NCBI GenBank assembly: GCA_030583805.1
Contig: CP129476.1
Location: 733,640-797,639 of the forward strand
From: Patescibacteria group bacterium
GTDB taxonomy: Bacteria > Patescibacteriota > Patescibacteriia > SG8-24 > DYFX01
Reading direction: 5' to 3'
DNA: 64,000 nucleotides
The notes below the pieces were generated by a model. The model made no database searches and was not told where the DNA came from. It saw only the letters and a program-made list of their open reading frames with translations. A program made the position numbers and the translations under genes. Shown here piece after piece: positions 48,901-58,106 of the stretch (the stretch's first letter is position 1; each line of letters starts with the position of its first letter).

Positions 48901-51900
48901 TTGGCCGAGCCGCCCGAGAGCCACAAATCCTTCCAGCGGCGGTTATAGTCGCCGAGGGAGTAGGTGTTGTCGGCTGACGGCGTGAGGTTGCCGGTGATAC
49001 GAGCGCCGGTCGTGGTGATCACGTGCGTCGTGGAAGCGGAGCCGACGGTCAGGCTGTTGCGAATCGTCGTCGTGCCCGTGGTCGCACCCATCGTGAGGTC
49101 GGTCGCCGCAAAGGCGAATTCAAGCGTTGGCGGGGTCGCAGCGAGCTGGCCGAAGGATGCGCCGATGTCGATTGTGCCGCCGTTCACGGTGAACTCAGTA
49201 GAGCCGAACAAGGTGAAGTTGTCGTCGAGAATTGCCTTCGTCTGTCCCGCCGTGATGAAGTCGATGCGGTTGTCGCCGCCGTTCGCGAAACCGGTGTCCG
49301 GATCATCGATGAAAGCGATCGAGGCGTCGTTGCCGCCGCCGCTGGCGAAGAAGGCGTCGGTGGCGATCCGCGTCGCGGTCGAGCTCACGGTGAACATGCG
49401 GATGCTGTAGTCGCCGGCGGCGTTGGTACGGTTCTGCACCTCGAAGATGTTGCCGGTACCGCCGATGGTATCGCCGATCGTGAGGGCGCCAACGGATGGC
49501 GTGATCGAGATTTCCGGAGAACCCGTGGCGGCGAGATACGCGGAGTTGAGCGGTGCCGATGGCGCGCTGACCCACGTCAGCGTGCCGGAGCCGTTGTTCT
49601 GCAGGAAGGTCGAGGCGCCGCCCTGTGAAGACGGCCAGGAGTACGGCACGTTATTAATCTTCACGAGGTTACCGGACTGGTTGACTTCGAATGTACTTGT
49701 AGCGGTACCAACGGTGAGTTTGTTTGCAGGCGCGCTGTTACCGATACCGACCAGGCCGGTAGGACCAACCATGAACATCGGGGTGCCGCCGACCGTGGCC
49801 TGGATCAGGTTTTGAGCGAAGCCGGCTACCGGCGCGATAGAGAGGGCTGGGAACGGCCAGAATTCGTCGGCATCTTGCGCGATTGTGGCAGAACGCGAAA
49901 GTTCAAAGGCGCGACCGGCAACGATATTGCCTTGGTGATCGATGGTGAAAATGTCGGTGCCGCCAAACGTCGTAACCCGAACCGCGGTCCCATCGTTATC
50001 CACCGTATGTCGGACATGCAGCGTTGCAGTCGGAGCGTTTGAGGAGATAGCGACCGATGTCGCACTGACCGTCAGGTAGCGCTGGCTGTAATCCCCTGCC
50101 GCGGTCGTACGGTTCTGCACTTCGAAGACGTTGCCGGTACCCGAAAGCGTATCGGCAATTGTGAGAGCGCCGACGGACGGCGTAATCGAGATTTCCGGAG
50201 AGCCGGTGGCGGCAAGATACGCCTGGTTCAGATTGCCGCCGCTGGAAACAACAGACCACGAGAGGTTGCCGCTGCCGTCATTCTGCAGCACCGTCGAGCC
50301 GCCGCCCTGCGAGGCCGGCCAGGAGTACGGAACGTTGTTGACCTTGATCAGGTTACCGGCCGCGTTGACTTCGAACGTGCTGGTGGCAGTACCAACCGTC
50401 AGTTTGTTGGCCGGCGAAGTGTTGCCGAGTCCGAGGCGTCCTCCGGTGAGGATGAGCGCGCTGCTACCCGATGAGTCGCCAATGCGGAGCGCGCCGGTTT
50501 CCGCGTGCAGGTAAAGGTCTGTATTTCCCGTGTCCGCATCACCAATGTAACCGCGACGCGTGGAGTTGTTTTGATCGAAGAACGTTATGTAACCAAGGCC
50601 GCTGTTGCCGGTTCCGTTCGATGCCTGAATACGGAACGTCTCTGAAGCGCCTGTGATATGCAAGGGTGCCGACGGCGTGGCCGTGTTAATACCGAGGCGG
50701 TACGCCGTAATGTTGTTGCCAGGGTTGATCAAGACGGCCGTCGAGCTGACGGTGAAGTAGCGTCCATCGAAGTCGCCCGCCGTGGTCGTACGACTCTGAA
50801 CCTCGAAAAGGTTGCCGATGCCGGTTCCCTTATTGATACCGCCCGTAAGCTGGTCGGCGATGGTCAATCCGCCCTGCGTGCCGTTCGCAAACAGTTCTGC
50901 CGTGGAAGTTGAGCTGTTAAACGTTTGAAGCATCGTTGAACTGCCGCCACAGCCCGTACACGTGCCGGTCACCGTCAAATTCGTGATGGTCGTACCGGTC
51001 GAGCTCACGTAGAAGTACCGATGCGTGTAGCCTCCGACTCCGGACGTGTTCTGAATCTCGAAGATGTTTGACGTCGGGGAAACTGCGTCGTCGGCGACGG
51101 TCAAACGTGCGCTCGGCGCATTCGTGCCGATGGCGAGGTTGCCGGCGTTGTTGAGACGCATGCGCTCAACGCTCGTACTCGATCCATTGGCGGTCGTCAT
51201 GAACGTGATGCGTCCAGGCATGTCGTTATTGCCCGGCGTATCATCGACCGACACCTTAATGAAAGCGGCTGGAATGTATTCATCGCCGTCATAGCCCCAC
51301 GACGACCAGTTCAAGATGTCGTCGCCATTCTCAACGACGAGCTCGCTGCCGGATGAGCCGCGCGCCTTCTGCACGACAATCTGGTTGCCGTTGTTGTCCG
51401 TCGAGAACCTTGTCAGGTACACCGAGGTTGACGTGCTTTGAATATCAAGCTTGCCGATTGGATTCGTCGTGCCGATACCGACAAGACCAGAAGGACTGAT
51501 CGATATACCTTGGCTATCACCCAAACTCGGCGTGATTTGAATCTGCTGGCCCGAAGAGTGAATGAGGGCGCGGCGGCCGTTCGTATCACTCCAGCCAAGC
51601 CTCAAGATCGACGTGCCGCTCGTGTCATATGCGATGTTGGCGCTGCCGCCCGAGAGCCACAAATCCTTCCAGCGAAGCGCCGGGTCACCAAGCGTATACG
51701 TATTGTCGGCAGACGGCGTGAGGTTGCCTGTCACGCGCGCGCCGGTCGTTGTCAGCGCGTAGGTGGTCGAAGCACTGCCGATAATCGTCGCGGTCGAGCT
51801 GATCGTGAAGTAGGGGCTCGTGTTAAGGCTGTTTGAGACTTCGAAGAGGTTGTGCGTCGGTGTCGCGACAGAGTCGCGCACGGTCAACGTTGCGGTCGGG

Positions 51901-54900
51901 GTGTAGGAGGATCCGCCGATCAGCACCTTACCGTTCGTCATTACCGCGAACTTCATCGCATTACCGGCAACGTTGTTGGAGTGGACAGAGAAGGCGTGAA
52001 TGTCCGCCGAAGACGTGTTCGCGATGACGGCCAGCGCTTGTCCGCGAGGCGAAGCACCGGCGCCGCTCGTTGTCGTTGCAATCACGCTGTTAGACGCGAC
52101 GACCTGGAATGTGCCGGTGCCGATCGGCAGCGGCGTGACGTAAACCGACGTCGAGCTCACCGTAAAGTAGCGGGACGAATAGTCTCCTGCCGCCGTCGTG
52201 CGATTCTGAACCTCGAAAATATTGCCCGTGCCCGAGAGCGTGTCGGCGATCGTGAGAGCTCCCTGCGTGGAGTTGGTATAGATTTCCGTCGTACCAGTCG
52301 CCGCAAGGTAGGTCGCATTCATCGTCGGCGTGCTGCCCGTCGAGAGCTCCGTGAAGCCCGCTCCGTTGTAGACGTACAGCGCATCTCCCGTGCTATTCCA
52401 CACGATGTCGCCCTCTGCCGTTCCCGTCACCGCCGTCGGGACGCCGGCGAAGGTCGGGATCTGGAGACCCTGGTTCACGGCATGCGCCGGGGCGATGAGG
52501 CGGTTGATGTAGCGCGTCGAGGTCGAAGAAACCGAGAAGAGGCGGTTCGTGAAAGAATCCTGGACTTCGAAGATGTTGTTGGACTGGGCGGCAAAGCCGC
52601 GGAGCTGGAACTGGCTCGTCGTCGAAGCGGAGACGGCAAGCATGCTGCCCGTGACGTCGATGTCGCCTTCGGCATCGAGCTTGAAGCGCAAGGAGCCGTT
52701 GTTGGCGATCGAGAAGAGCGTCTCGTTGCCGGTCGGGGCCGAGGGGTTCACGTAGACCGTGCCGTTCGAGAGGCCGGTACCCTGCGGATCGCCGTTCACG
52801 ACCAGGCTGTTGCGGATCCGGGTCGTGCCGGGGCCGTTCGCGCCCATGATGAGCGTCGTGGCCGCGCCGCCGACTTCCAAGATTGTCGGCGTCGCAGCCA
52901 GGAAGCCGGAAGAGGCGCCGAAGTCGATGACGCCGCCGTTCACGATGAGTTCGGTCGAGCCGAACAGGGTGAAGTTGTCTTCCAGAATGATCTTCGTCTG
53001 TCCGGCCGTGATGAAGTCGATACGGTTGGTGCCGCCGTTCGCGAAACCGGTGTCCGGATCATCGATGAAGGCGACCGAGGCGTCGTTGCCGCCGCCGCTG
53101 GCGAAGAAGACGTCGGAAGCGATCCGCGTACCGGTCGCGCTCACGCTGAACATGCGGATGCTGTAGTCGCCGGCGGCGTTGGTGCGGTCCTGCACCTCGA
53201 AGATGTTGCCGGTGCCGCCGAAGGTGTCGCCGATCGTGAGAGCGCCGACGGACGGCGTGATCGAGAGTTCCGGAGAACCCGTGGCGGCGAGATATGCCTG
53301 GTTGAGGTTGGTGGAACCTCCGGCTGCGGCCCAGGAGAGGTTGCCGTTGCCGTCGTTTTGCAACACTGTCGAGGCGCCGCCCTGAGAGGAAGGCCAGGAG
53401 TACGGGACGTTGTTGATTTTCACGAGGTTTCCTGACTGGTTCACCTCGAACGTGCTGGTCGCGGAACCGACGGTCAGGCGGTTGGCGGGATTCAAGTTAC
53501 CGATTGAAAACTTGTGATCCAGAGCGTTGTTCGTCGCATTGACCAGCGTCGCCGTCGCGCTGACGGAGAAGTACTTCTGCGAAAGATCGCTGTTACCAAT
53601 CTCAAAGATATTGTTGGTCGTGCCTACAAGTGCCGCAGCCGTAAATGTCGCGTTCAAGCTTGTCGGTGTAAGATTGCCGACGCCGAAACGACCATTCTCC
53701 GAGCCCGCAAAGATGGTGCTGAATGCGCCATTTACTATCACGAATTCCGCATTGGAGCCATCGTTGTCACTGTCGAGCTGGAGGATCATGCCACCTTCCC
53801 CATAAATGCCAAAGTTGCCGTCACCCGTGACTTGGATGGTGTTGTCGCTCTCAGCCGTCGCAAGCACGAGCGCGGGGCCGGCGGTGTACGTCGTTCGAAT
53901 CTGGTTTGCAATGGTCGTAGCCGTAGCACTCACGGTGAGATAGCGAGTACTCCAATCACCCGCAGCGGTCGTCCTGTTTTGGATCTCGAAAATGTTACCG
54001 GTACCCGATAGCGTATCGGCGATTGTGAGGGCACCGATTGAGGGCGTGAGCGAAATTTCCGGAGAGCCGGTGGCGGCGAGATATGCCTGGTTGAGGTTGG
54101 TGGAACCTCCGGCTGCGGCCCAGGAGAGGTTGCCGTTGCCGTCATTCTGCAGCACGGTCGAGCTGCCGCCCTGCGAAGCCGGCCAGGAGTACGGGACGTT
54201 GTTGACCTTGATCAGGTTACCGGCCGCGTTGACTTCGAACGTACTGGTAGCAGAGCCGACCGTGAGGCGATTGGCGGGCGCGCTATTGCCGATGCCGACC
54301 AGGCCGGTAGGACCAACCATGAACATCGGGGTGCCGCCGACCGTGGCCTGGATCAGGTTTTGAGCGAAGCCGGCTACCGGCGCGATAGAGAGGGCTGGGA
54401 ACGGCCAGAATTCGTCGGCATCCTGCGCGATCGTGGCAGAACGCGAAAGTTCAAAGGCGCGACCGGCAACGATATTGCCCTGGTGATCGATGGTGAAAAG
54501 GTCCGTGCCGCCAAACGTCGTAACCCGAACCGCGGTCCCATCGTTATCCACCGTATGTCGGACATGCAGCGTTGCAGTCGGAGCGTTTGAGGAGATAGCG
54601 ACCGATGTCGCACTGACCGTCAGGTAGCGCTGGCTGTAATCCCCTGCCGCGGTCGTACGGTTCTGCACTTCGAAGACGTTGCCGGTACCCGAAAGCGTAT
54701 CGGCAATTGTGAGAGCGCCGATCGAAGGGGTAATGGAGATTTCCGGCGAACCGGTGGCGGCGAGATACGCCTGGTTCAGGTTCACGAGACCGTTGGCTGC
54801 AACCCAGCTCAGCGTGCCTGCTCCGTTGTTCTGCAGCACCGTCGAGGCCGCGCCCTGTGAGGACGGCCAGCTGTAGATAACATTGTTAATTTTGCGAATA

Positions 54901-57900
54901 TCACCGCTGAAGTCGACTTCGAACGTGCTGGTGGTGGAGCCGACGGTGAGGCGGTTGGCAGGTGCGCCATTGCCGATACCGACGTTATAGTGCCCCAGGT
55001 TATTGAACGGGTTGATGAGCGTTGACGTCGAACTCACGGTGAAATACCGATAACTGTAATCACCGCCCGTATTCGTACGGTTCTGGATTTCGAAGACGTT
55101 AAATGTCGGAGACGCGACCGTGGATGCAACGCTCAGGAACGCTGAAGGCGTCAGCGTGTTCAAACCGGTCACGCTCGTCGTGTAGAAGTTCAGTCGATTA
55201 GAGCCGCCTGCCTGGATGAAGAGGTTGCCGCCGGAACCGTTCGTACCAATCGTGCCGCTCGTGGCGTCTTGGTTGATGATGAAGCGCAATGTGCCTCCTG
55301 TTGCCAAGTTTACGCGCGATTCCGTGCCGTGGTTGATGACCATGGCCGGAAGACTGCCGGCAATATGGAGAGAGTATTGCGGGTTTTGCGTGCCGATACC
55401 GACGTTTCCAGCCGCATCAATCGTAATACCTTGATTCTGATTGCCGGCACGCAACGTGAGCGGAACCTCTGCCGGCGTCTTGATCAAGCCGCGCAAACCA
55501 TTCGTCGTGTTGAATCCAAGCTGCATGATCGTCGTACCCGACGTGTCGTACGCGATGTTGGCGCTGCCGCCCGAGAGCCACAAATCCTTCCAGCGAAGCG
55601 CCGGATCGCCAAGCGAGTACGTGTTGTCCACGGAAGGCGTAAGATTGCCGGTCACGCGCGCGTTCGCCGTGTTCAGAGCAGACGTGCTGGAAGATGAGCC
55701 GAGCGCCAGGATTCCGCTTTCATCAAGCGTCATGACCGTACCGCCTGCGCCGTTCAGCCAGCTATACGCCTCGCTAGAATCGCCATTTGCATCAACACGG
55801 AAGAAGATCGAATCGTCACTGTAAAGATTGAAACCGTTCTCGCCGATGCCGTAGATCTCGACACCGCCGGCACTGCTCGTAATTGCCACAACCGTTCCAC
55901 CAGCAGGATTCGAGATCGCTAGTGCGCTGCTGATCGAAGCCGACGCCGTGTTAATCAAGGTGTTCGTTGAGCTCACGGTCAAGTATTTCGTGCTCCAATC
56001 CCCCGCCGCATTCGTGCGGTTCTGAATCTCGAAAATGTTGCCAGTGCCTGAGAAGGTGTCGGCAATGGTAAGCGCGCCGATCGACGGCGTGAGGGAGATC
56101 TCGGCGGTGGAAGTCGAGGCGAGATAGGCCTGATTCAGGTTCACGAGACCGTTGGCTGCAACCCAGCTCAGCGTGCCGGCTCCGTTGTTCTGGAGCACCG
56201 TCGAGGCTGCGCCCTGCGAAGAAGGCCAGCTGTAGACGACATTGTTGATCTTCAAGATATTCCCGCTCTCGTCGACTTCGAACGTGCTCGTGCCGGAACC
56301 GACGGTGAGCCGGCTAGCCGGTTTCAGGTTGCCGATGCCGACATTGCCGTTATCCTGAATCACCAACTTTGTACCGGTGGTGCCGCTCGCTTTGTAGAAT
56401 CCGAGAGAATCGGCTGTGCCGTTCAACGAAGACCGGTTCGTCAGCATCATCCATGAGGCGTTGGTGGCTCCGCCCGTCAACCAGAACGCCGCGTCATTAC
56501 CGTCACCGCCGCTCGCACTGAGCTTAATACGTGCCTCGGAACTCGTGACGTACAGGCGGTCGGAAGCGGTCGGCGGAGTCGCGCCCATGCCGACAGTACC
56601 GTTGCCACGGACCGTAAAGGCAGTGTTTGCACCCGCTGTCGTCGTGACGTTCAGTGCCGCATCGCCTGAACTGCTTGTTTGCGTTTGGATGAAAACACCA
56701 TTGCTGTTGGTCACGTTACTGTTGATGAAACGCATTCCGGCGCCGTTTGCCGAAGTATCAAGCACATCGATCTTGTATTGCGAACTTGGAGCCGTCCCCA
56801 CCCCGACATTGCCGGCGAGGTACGTGCTGGTGGAGCTCACCGTGAAGTAGCGGGACGAGTAGTCGCCCGCGGCGTTGGTGCGGTCCTGGATCTCGAAGAT
56901 GTTGCCGGTGCCCGAGAAGGTGTCGGCGATCGTGAGAGCACCGATCGAAGGCGTGAGAGAGATCTCGGCGGTGGAGGTCGAAGCGAGGTAGGCCTGGTTC
57001 AGGTTGACGAGGCCGGACGCGTCGACCCAGGTGAAGTTGCCGGAGCCGTCGTTTCGCAGCACCGAACCGAGCGCGCCCTGGGAGGACGGGAAGCGCGCGG
57101 GGAGACCGTTGATCGTTTCGAAGTTTCCGGAAGAGTTGACGACAAGCGTATTCGTGGTACCCACGATGAAGCGGGCCCCGGCGCCGACCGAGGTCGCGGT
57201 CGCGGAGACCGAGAACAGGCGGTCGGTGATCGTACTCTGCACTTCAAAGATGTTGTTGCTCTGCGAGGCCGCGCCCCGGAACACGAACTGCGCCGTCGAG
57301 GAGGCGGCGGTGGCGAGGAGAGAGCCCGTGTGCGTGATGTCGCCTTCCTTGTCGATCTGGAAGCGGACGCCTCCGTTGTCGGCGATGCCGAAGAGGGTTT
57401 CCGAAGCGGAAGCGTTCGCGGGGTTGATGTAGAGAGAGCCGTTGCCGACGCCCGTACCCTGCGGATCGCCCGTAATGACGAGGTTGCCGTTGGCCGTGGT
57501 ACTCGGGATGTAGGCGGTCGTGGAACCGGAAGAGGTGACGTCGAGATCATCGAGGCGGTCGGCGTTCAGGGCATAGGCGGCGGCGGTGAGACGCTTCCGA
57601 GGGGTCATTTCGGCGTCCGCGCCGATCGTAATGCCGAGAGTCACGACGTTGTTGTCGAAGAGACCGTCCGGAATCTCGTTGTCGCCCGCTTCGCCGAGCT
57701 GGGTCGAGAAGACGCCGTTCGTCACCGTGACGGATTTGGCCGTCGGGGTGCCGCAGGAGCCGCGAGCCGAATACAGACAGGTGCCGTCGCCGTCGTACAG
57801 GCGGAAAATGACGGACAGAGCCCCGTTCGGGACGGGTACGCCGCCCGAATCGGTGACCCGGGCTTGATAGTTCAGGACCTTGGGGACGGAGTTGGCGGCG

Positions 57901-58019
57901 TAGGCTGGCGTCGGGAATGAACCCGACAGCAACGACAAGACCAGGGCGGCCAAAACGGCCGTCCTCGCCGCGCGTTTCAACGCGCGGAGAAGCGTAGCGA
58001 TGTACGCGGTCTCTCTCAT
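45963..58019 (-). CDS. giant secreted repeat protein (about 4,018 aa) built from >8 copies of a ~130-aa module, with an acidic Pro/Glu/Thr-rich C-terminal tail
   Basis: Signal peptide from M16 (MRETAYIATLLRALKRAARTAVLAALVLSLLSGSFPTPAYA). Recurring module ...ANRLTVGSATSTFEVN..GNLIKVNNVPYSWPSSQGGASTVLQNDGNGNLSW...NLNQAYLAATGSPEISITPSVGALTIADTLSGTGNIFEVQNRTTAAGDYS.RYLTVSAT.... Near-identical DNA copies occur inside the gene. Confidence 0.75.
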   Translation of the reverse strand: MRETAYIATLLRALKRAARTAVLAALVLSLLSGSFPTPAYAANSVPKVLNYQARVTDSGGVPVPNGALSVIFRLYDGDGTCLYSARGSCGTPTAKSVTVTNGVFSTQLGEAGDNEIPDGLFDNNVVTLGITIGADAEMTPRKRLTAAAYALNADRLDDLDVTSSGSTTAYIPSTTANGNLVITGDPQGTGVGNGSLYINPANASASETLFGIADNGGVRFQIDKEGDITHTGSLLATAASSTAQFVFRGAASQSNNIFEVQSTITDRLFSVSATATSVGAGARFIVGTTNTLVVNSSGNFETINGLPARFPSSQGALGSVLRNDGSGNFTWVDASGLVNLNQAYLASTSTAEISLTPSIGALTIADTFSGTGNIFEIQDRTNAAGDYSSRYFTVSSTSTYLAGNVGVGTAPSSQYKIDVLDTSANGAGMRFINSNVTNSNGVFIQTQTSSSGDAALNVTTTAGANTAFTVRGNGTVGMGATPPTASDRLYVTSSEARIKLSASGGDGNDAAFWLTGGATNASWMMLTNRSSLNGTADSLGFYKASGTTGTKLVIQDNGNVGIGNLKPASRLTVGSGTSTFEVDESGNILKINNVVYSWPSSQGAASTVLQNNGAGTLSWVAANGLVNLNQAYLASTSTAEISLTPSIGALTIADTFSGTGNIFEIQNRTNAAGDWSTKYLTVSSTNTLINTASASISSALAISNPAGGTVVAITSSAGGVEIYGIGENGFNLYSDDSIFFRVDANGDSSEAYSWLNGAGGTVMTLDESGILALGSSSSTSALNTANARVTGNLTPSVDNTYSLGDPALRWKDLWLSGGSANIAYDTSGTTIMQLGFNTTNGLRGLIKTPAEVPLTLRAGNQNQGITIDAAGNVGIGTQNPQYSLHIAGSLPAMVINHGTESRVNLATGGTLRFIINQDATSGTIGTNGSGGNLFIQAGGSNRLNFYTTSVTGLNTLTPSAFLSVASTVASPTFNVFEIQNRTNTGGDYSYRYFTVSSTSTLINPFNNLGHYNVGIGNGAPANRLTVGSTTSTFEVDFSGDIRKINNVIYSWPSSQGAASTVLQNNGAGTLSWVAANGLVNLNQAYLAATGSPEISITPSIGALTIADTLSGTGNVFEVQNRTTAAGDYSQRYLTVSATSVAISSNAPTATLHVRHTVDNDGTAVRVTTFGGTDLFTIDHQGNIVAGRAFELSRSATIAQDADEFWPFPALSIAPVAGFAQNLIQATVGGTPMFMVGPTGLVGIGNSAPANRLTVGSATSTFEVNAAGNLIKVNNVPYSWPASQGGSSTVLQNDGNGNLSWAAAGGSTNLNQAYLAATGSPEISLTPSIGALTIADTLSGTGNIFEIQNRTTAAGDWSTRYLTVSATATTIANQIRTTYTAGPALVLATAESDNTIQVTGDGNFGIYGEGGMILQLDSDNDGSNAEFVIVNGAFSTIFAGSENGRFGVGNLTPTSLNATFTAAALVGTTNNIFEIGNSDLSQKYFSVSATATLVNATNNALDHKFSIGNLNPANRLTVGSATSTFEVNQSGNLVKINNVPYSWPSSQGGASTVLQNDGNGNLSWAAAGGSTNLNQAYLAATGSPELSITPSVGALTIGDTFGGTGNIFEVQDRTNAAGDYSIRMFSVSATGTRIASDVFFASGGGNDASVAFIDDPDTGFANGGTNRIDFITAGQTKIILEDNFTLFGSTELIVNGGVIDFGASSGFLAATPTILEVGGAATTLIMGANGPGTTRIRNSLVVNGDPQGTGLSNGTVYVNPSAPTGNETLFSIANNGSLRFKLDAEGDIDVTGSMLAVSASTTSQFQLRGFAAQSNNIFEVQDSFTNRLFSVSSTSTRYINRLIAPAHAVNQGLQIPTFAGVPTAVTGTAEGDIVWNSTGDALYVYNGAGFTELSTGSTPTMNATYLAATGTTEIYTNSTQGALTIADTLSGTGNIFEVQNRTTAAGDYSSRYFTVSSTSVYVTPLPIGTGTFQVVASNSVIATTTSGAGASPRGQALAVIANTSSADIHAFSVHSNNVAGNAMKFAVMTNGKVLIGGSSYTPTATLTVRDSVATPTHNLFEVSNSLNTSPYFTISSTATIIGSASTTYALTTTGARVTGNLTPSADNTYTLGDPALRWKDLWLSGGSANIAYDTSGTSILRLGWSDTNGRRALIHSSGQQIQITPSLGDSQGISISPSGLVGIGTTNPIGKLDIQSTSTSVYLTRFSTDNNGNQIVVQKARGSSGSELVVENGDDILNWSSWGYDGDEYIPAAFIKVSVDDTPGNNDMPGRITFMTTANGSSTSVERMRLNNAGNLAIGTNAPSARLTVADDAVSPTSNIFEIQNTSGVGGYTHRYFYVSSTGTTITNLTVTGTCTGCGGSSTMLQTFNSSTSTAELFANGTQGGLTIADQLTGGINKGTGIGNLFEVQSRTTTAGDFDGRYFTVSSTAVLINPGNNITAYRLGINTATPSAPLHITGASETFRIQASNGTGNSGLGYITFFDQNNSTRRGYIGDADTGNTDLYLHAETGALRIGDSSGSSALILTGGRLGLGNTSPANKLTVGTATSTFEVNAAGNLIKVNNVPYSWPASQGGGSTVLQNDGSGNLSWSVVSSGGNLNQAYLAATGSPEISITPSVGALTIADTLSGTGNVFEVQNRTTAAGDYSQRYLTVSATSVAISSNAPTATLHVRHTVDNDGTAVRVTTFGGTDIFTIDHQGNIVAGRAFELSRSATIAQDADEFWPFPALSIAPVAGFAQNLIQATVGGTPMFMVGPTGLVGIGNSAPANKLTVGTATSTFEVNQSGNLVKINNVPYSWPSSQGGASTFLQNNGSGTLTWVSAPSAPLNSAYLAATGSPEISITPSVGALTIGDTIGGTGNIFEVQNRTNAAGDYSIRMFTVSSTATRIATDAFFASGGGNDASIAFIDDPDTGFANGGDNRIDFITAGQTKAILDDNFTLFGSTEFTVNGGTIDIGASFGQLAATPPTLEFAFAATDLTMGATTGTTTIRNSLTVGSASTTHVITTTGARITGNLTPSADNTYSLGDYNRRWKDLWLSGGSAKIAYDTSGTSILQLGWRDTNGRRAQIYSSGQAIQIGPQHAETSGIYIASSGSVGIGTASPSGKLHISDTTGTTLRIANTNSGATLAQIEYTEAGSLIASIGIGDEGDILSGVLSNSLQIHGSNSLHLGTADTARLTIDSSGEIGIGDSTPNADLDILTTRTNSNSLQLQAQTITTGNAISVSLDDISSGAGLLIENISTAAAMSTGSMILLNQQPTYTTTTTSGGSTFRAVRQPTINGSAQVLTLSAAVGEFSDGCITTLGTCTHTADVLRVEQNNTAASGAGLQIDYAGTGLALRVEDDGGNYGSDSTPFSIDAGGQVHIGGTAPGATLDVEGNIEFDINPTGDTTIGVCKDTADSFGDVEFRECSSTPSDVAEWYALEEAYPTGTLLIATDAVISYQDELFNPLTGVRLETYATNTSSILTESTAPYEAKIIGVISTNPYQSFGKGVTASSSTTAPVALIGRVPTRVTAANGVIRPGDPLTTSSISGVAMKATKPGMIVGFALDHWEGPGEGKIEIFVNPGFHLGLSITNDGASSIFADDFAFKPLDIASATGTAFSSYALKFGGSAWSSASNTAVTRNITIRNDVTSDSAYQLTFKNDNGQTLASLNQAGDLALAGSLTVNGGLDYAETFPAAPDLDAGDIVMVDAANTNGYGVKKSDAAYENTLLGVISTKPGFLTGKSTAGTQPVALAGRVPVKVNTESGEIKPGDPITSSSTPGVGMKAAEAGRVIGIALEGWNGSGTGRITVFVNPSWWNGPAALAGATAGGALSITGESLLDFKNSTLSNVSAIVSTSGLWSVSSDGYLVAEHIEAKEVNTRKLTLRADAAADRVVGKARLRAGYDAIMVENPHVTEESVIVITFEGNPGSNWWVSEKHQGSFILKLAQGAIDETPFTYWILPIDGLLEQAAVEEEAPQDEPTESGTGTPPTGGVTESGSGTPETPPEEEPPPPEPVVEEPPAAPEPPPETESGTTTEQTP
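49560..50230. repeat. intragenic near-identical direct repeat, copy A (~670 bp, ≥95% identical to copy B)
   Basis: Directly aligned by eye with 54110-54780. For example ...ggatcaggttttgagcgaagccggctaccggcgcgatagagagggctgggaacggccagaattcgtcggcatc... matches over hundreds of bp. The listed ORFs 49812..50042 and 54360..54590 translate almost identically. Confidence 0.8.
54110..54780. repeat. intragenic near-identical direct repeat, copy B
   Basis: See copy A. The offset is about 4.55 kb. Further diverged copies lie near 48.9, 51.6, 53.2 and 55.5 kb. Confidence 0.8.
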
Positions 58020-58106
58020 GTCGTTTTCGGGTGTTTTCACCCGGTTCGGTTCCCTGCCAGGCAAGGCGCCGAACCGGATGCCGGAGCGTTGGCTCCGGAC
58101 TCCGGC

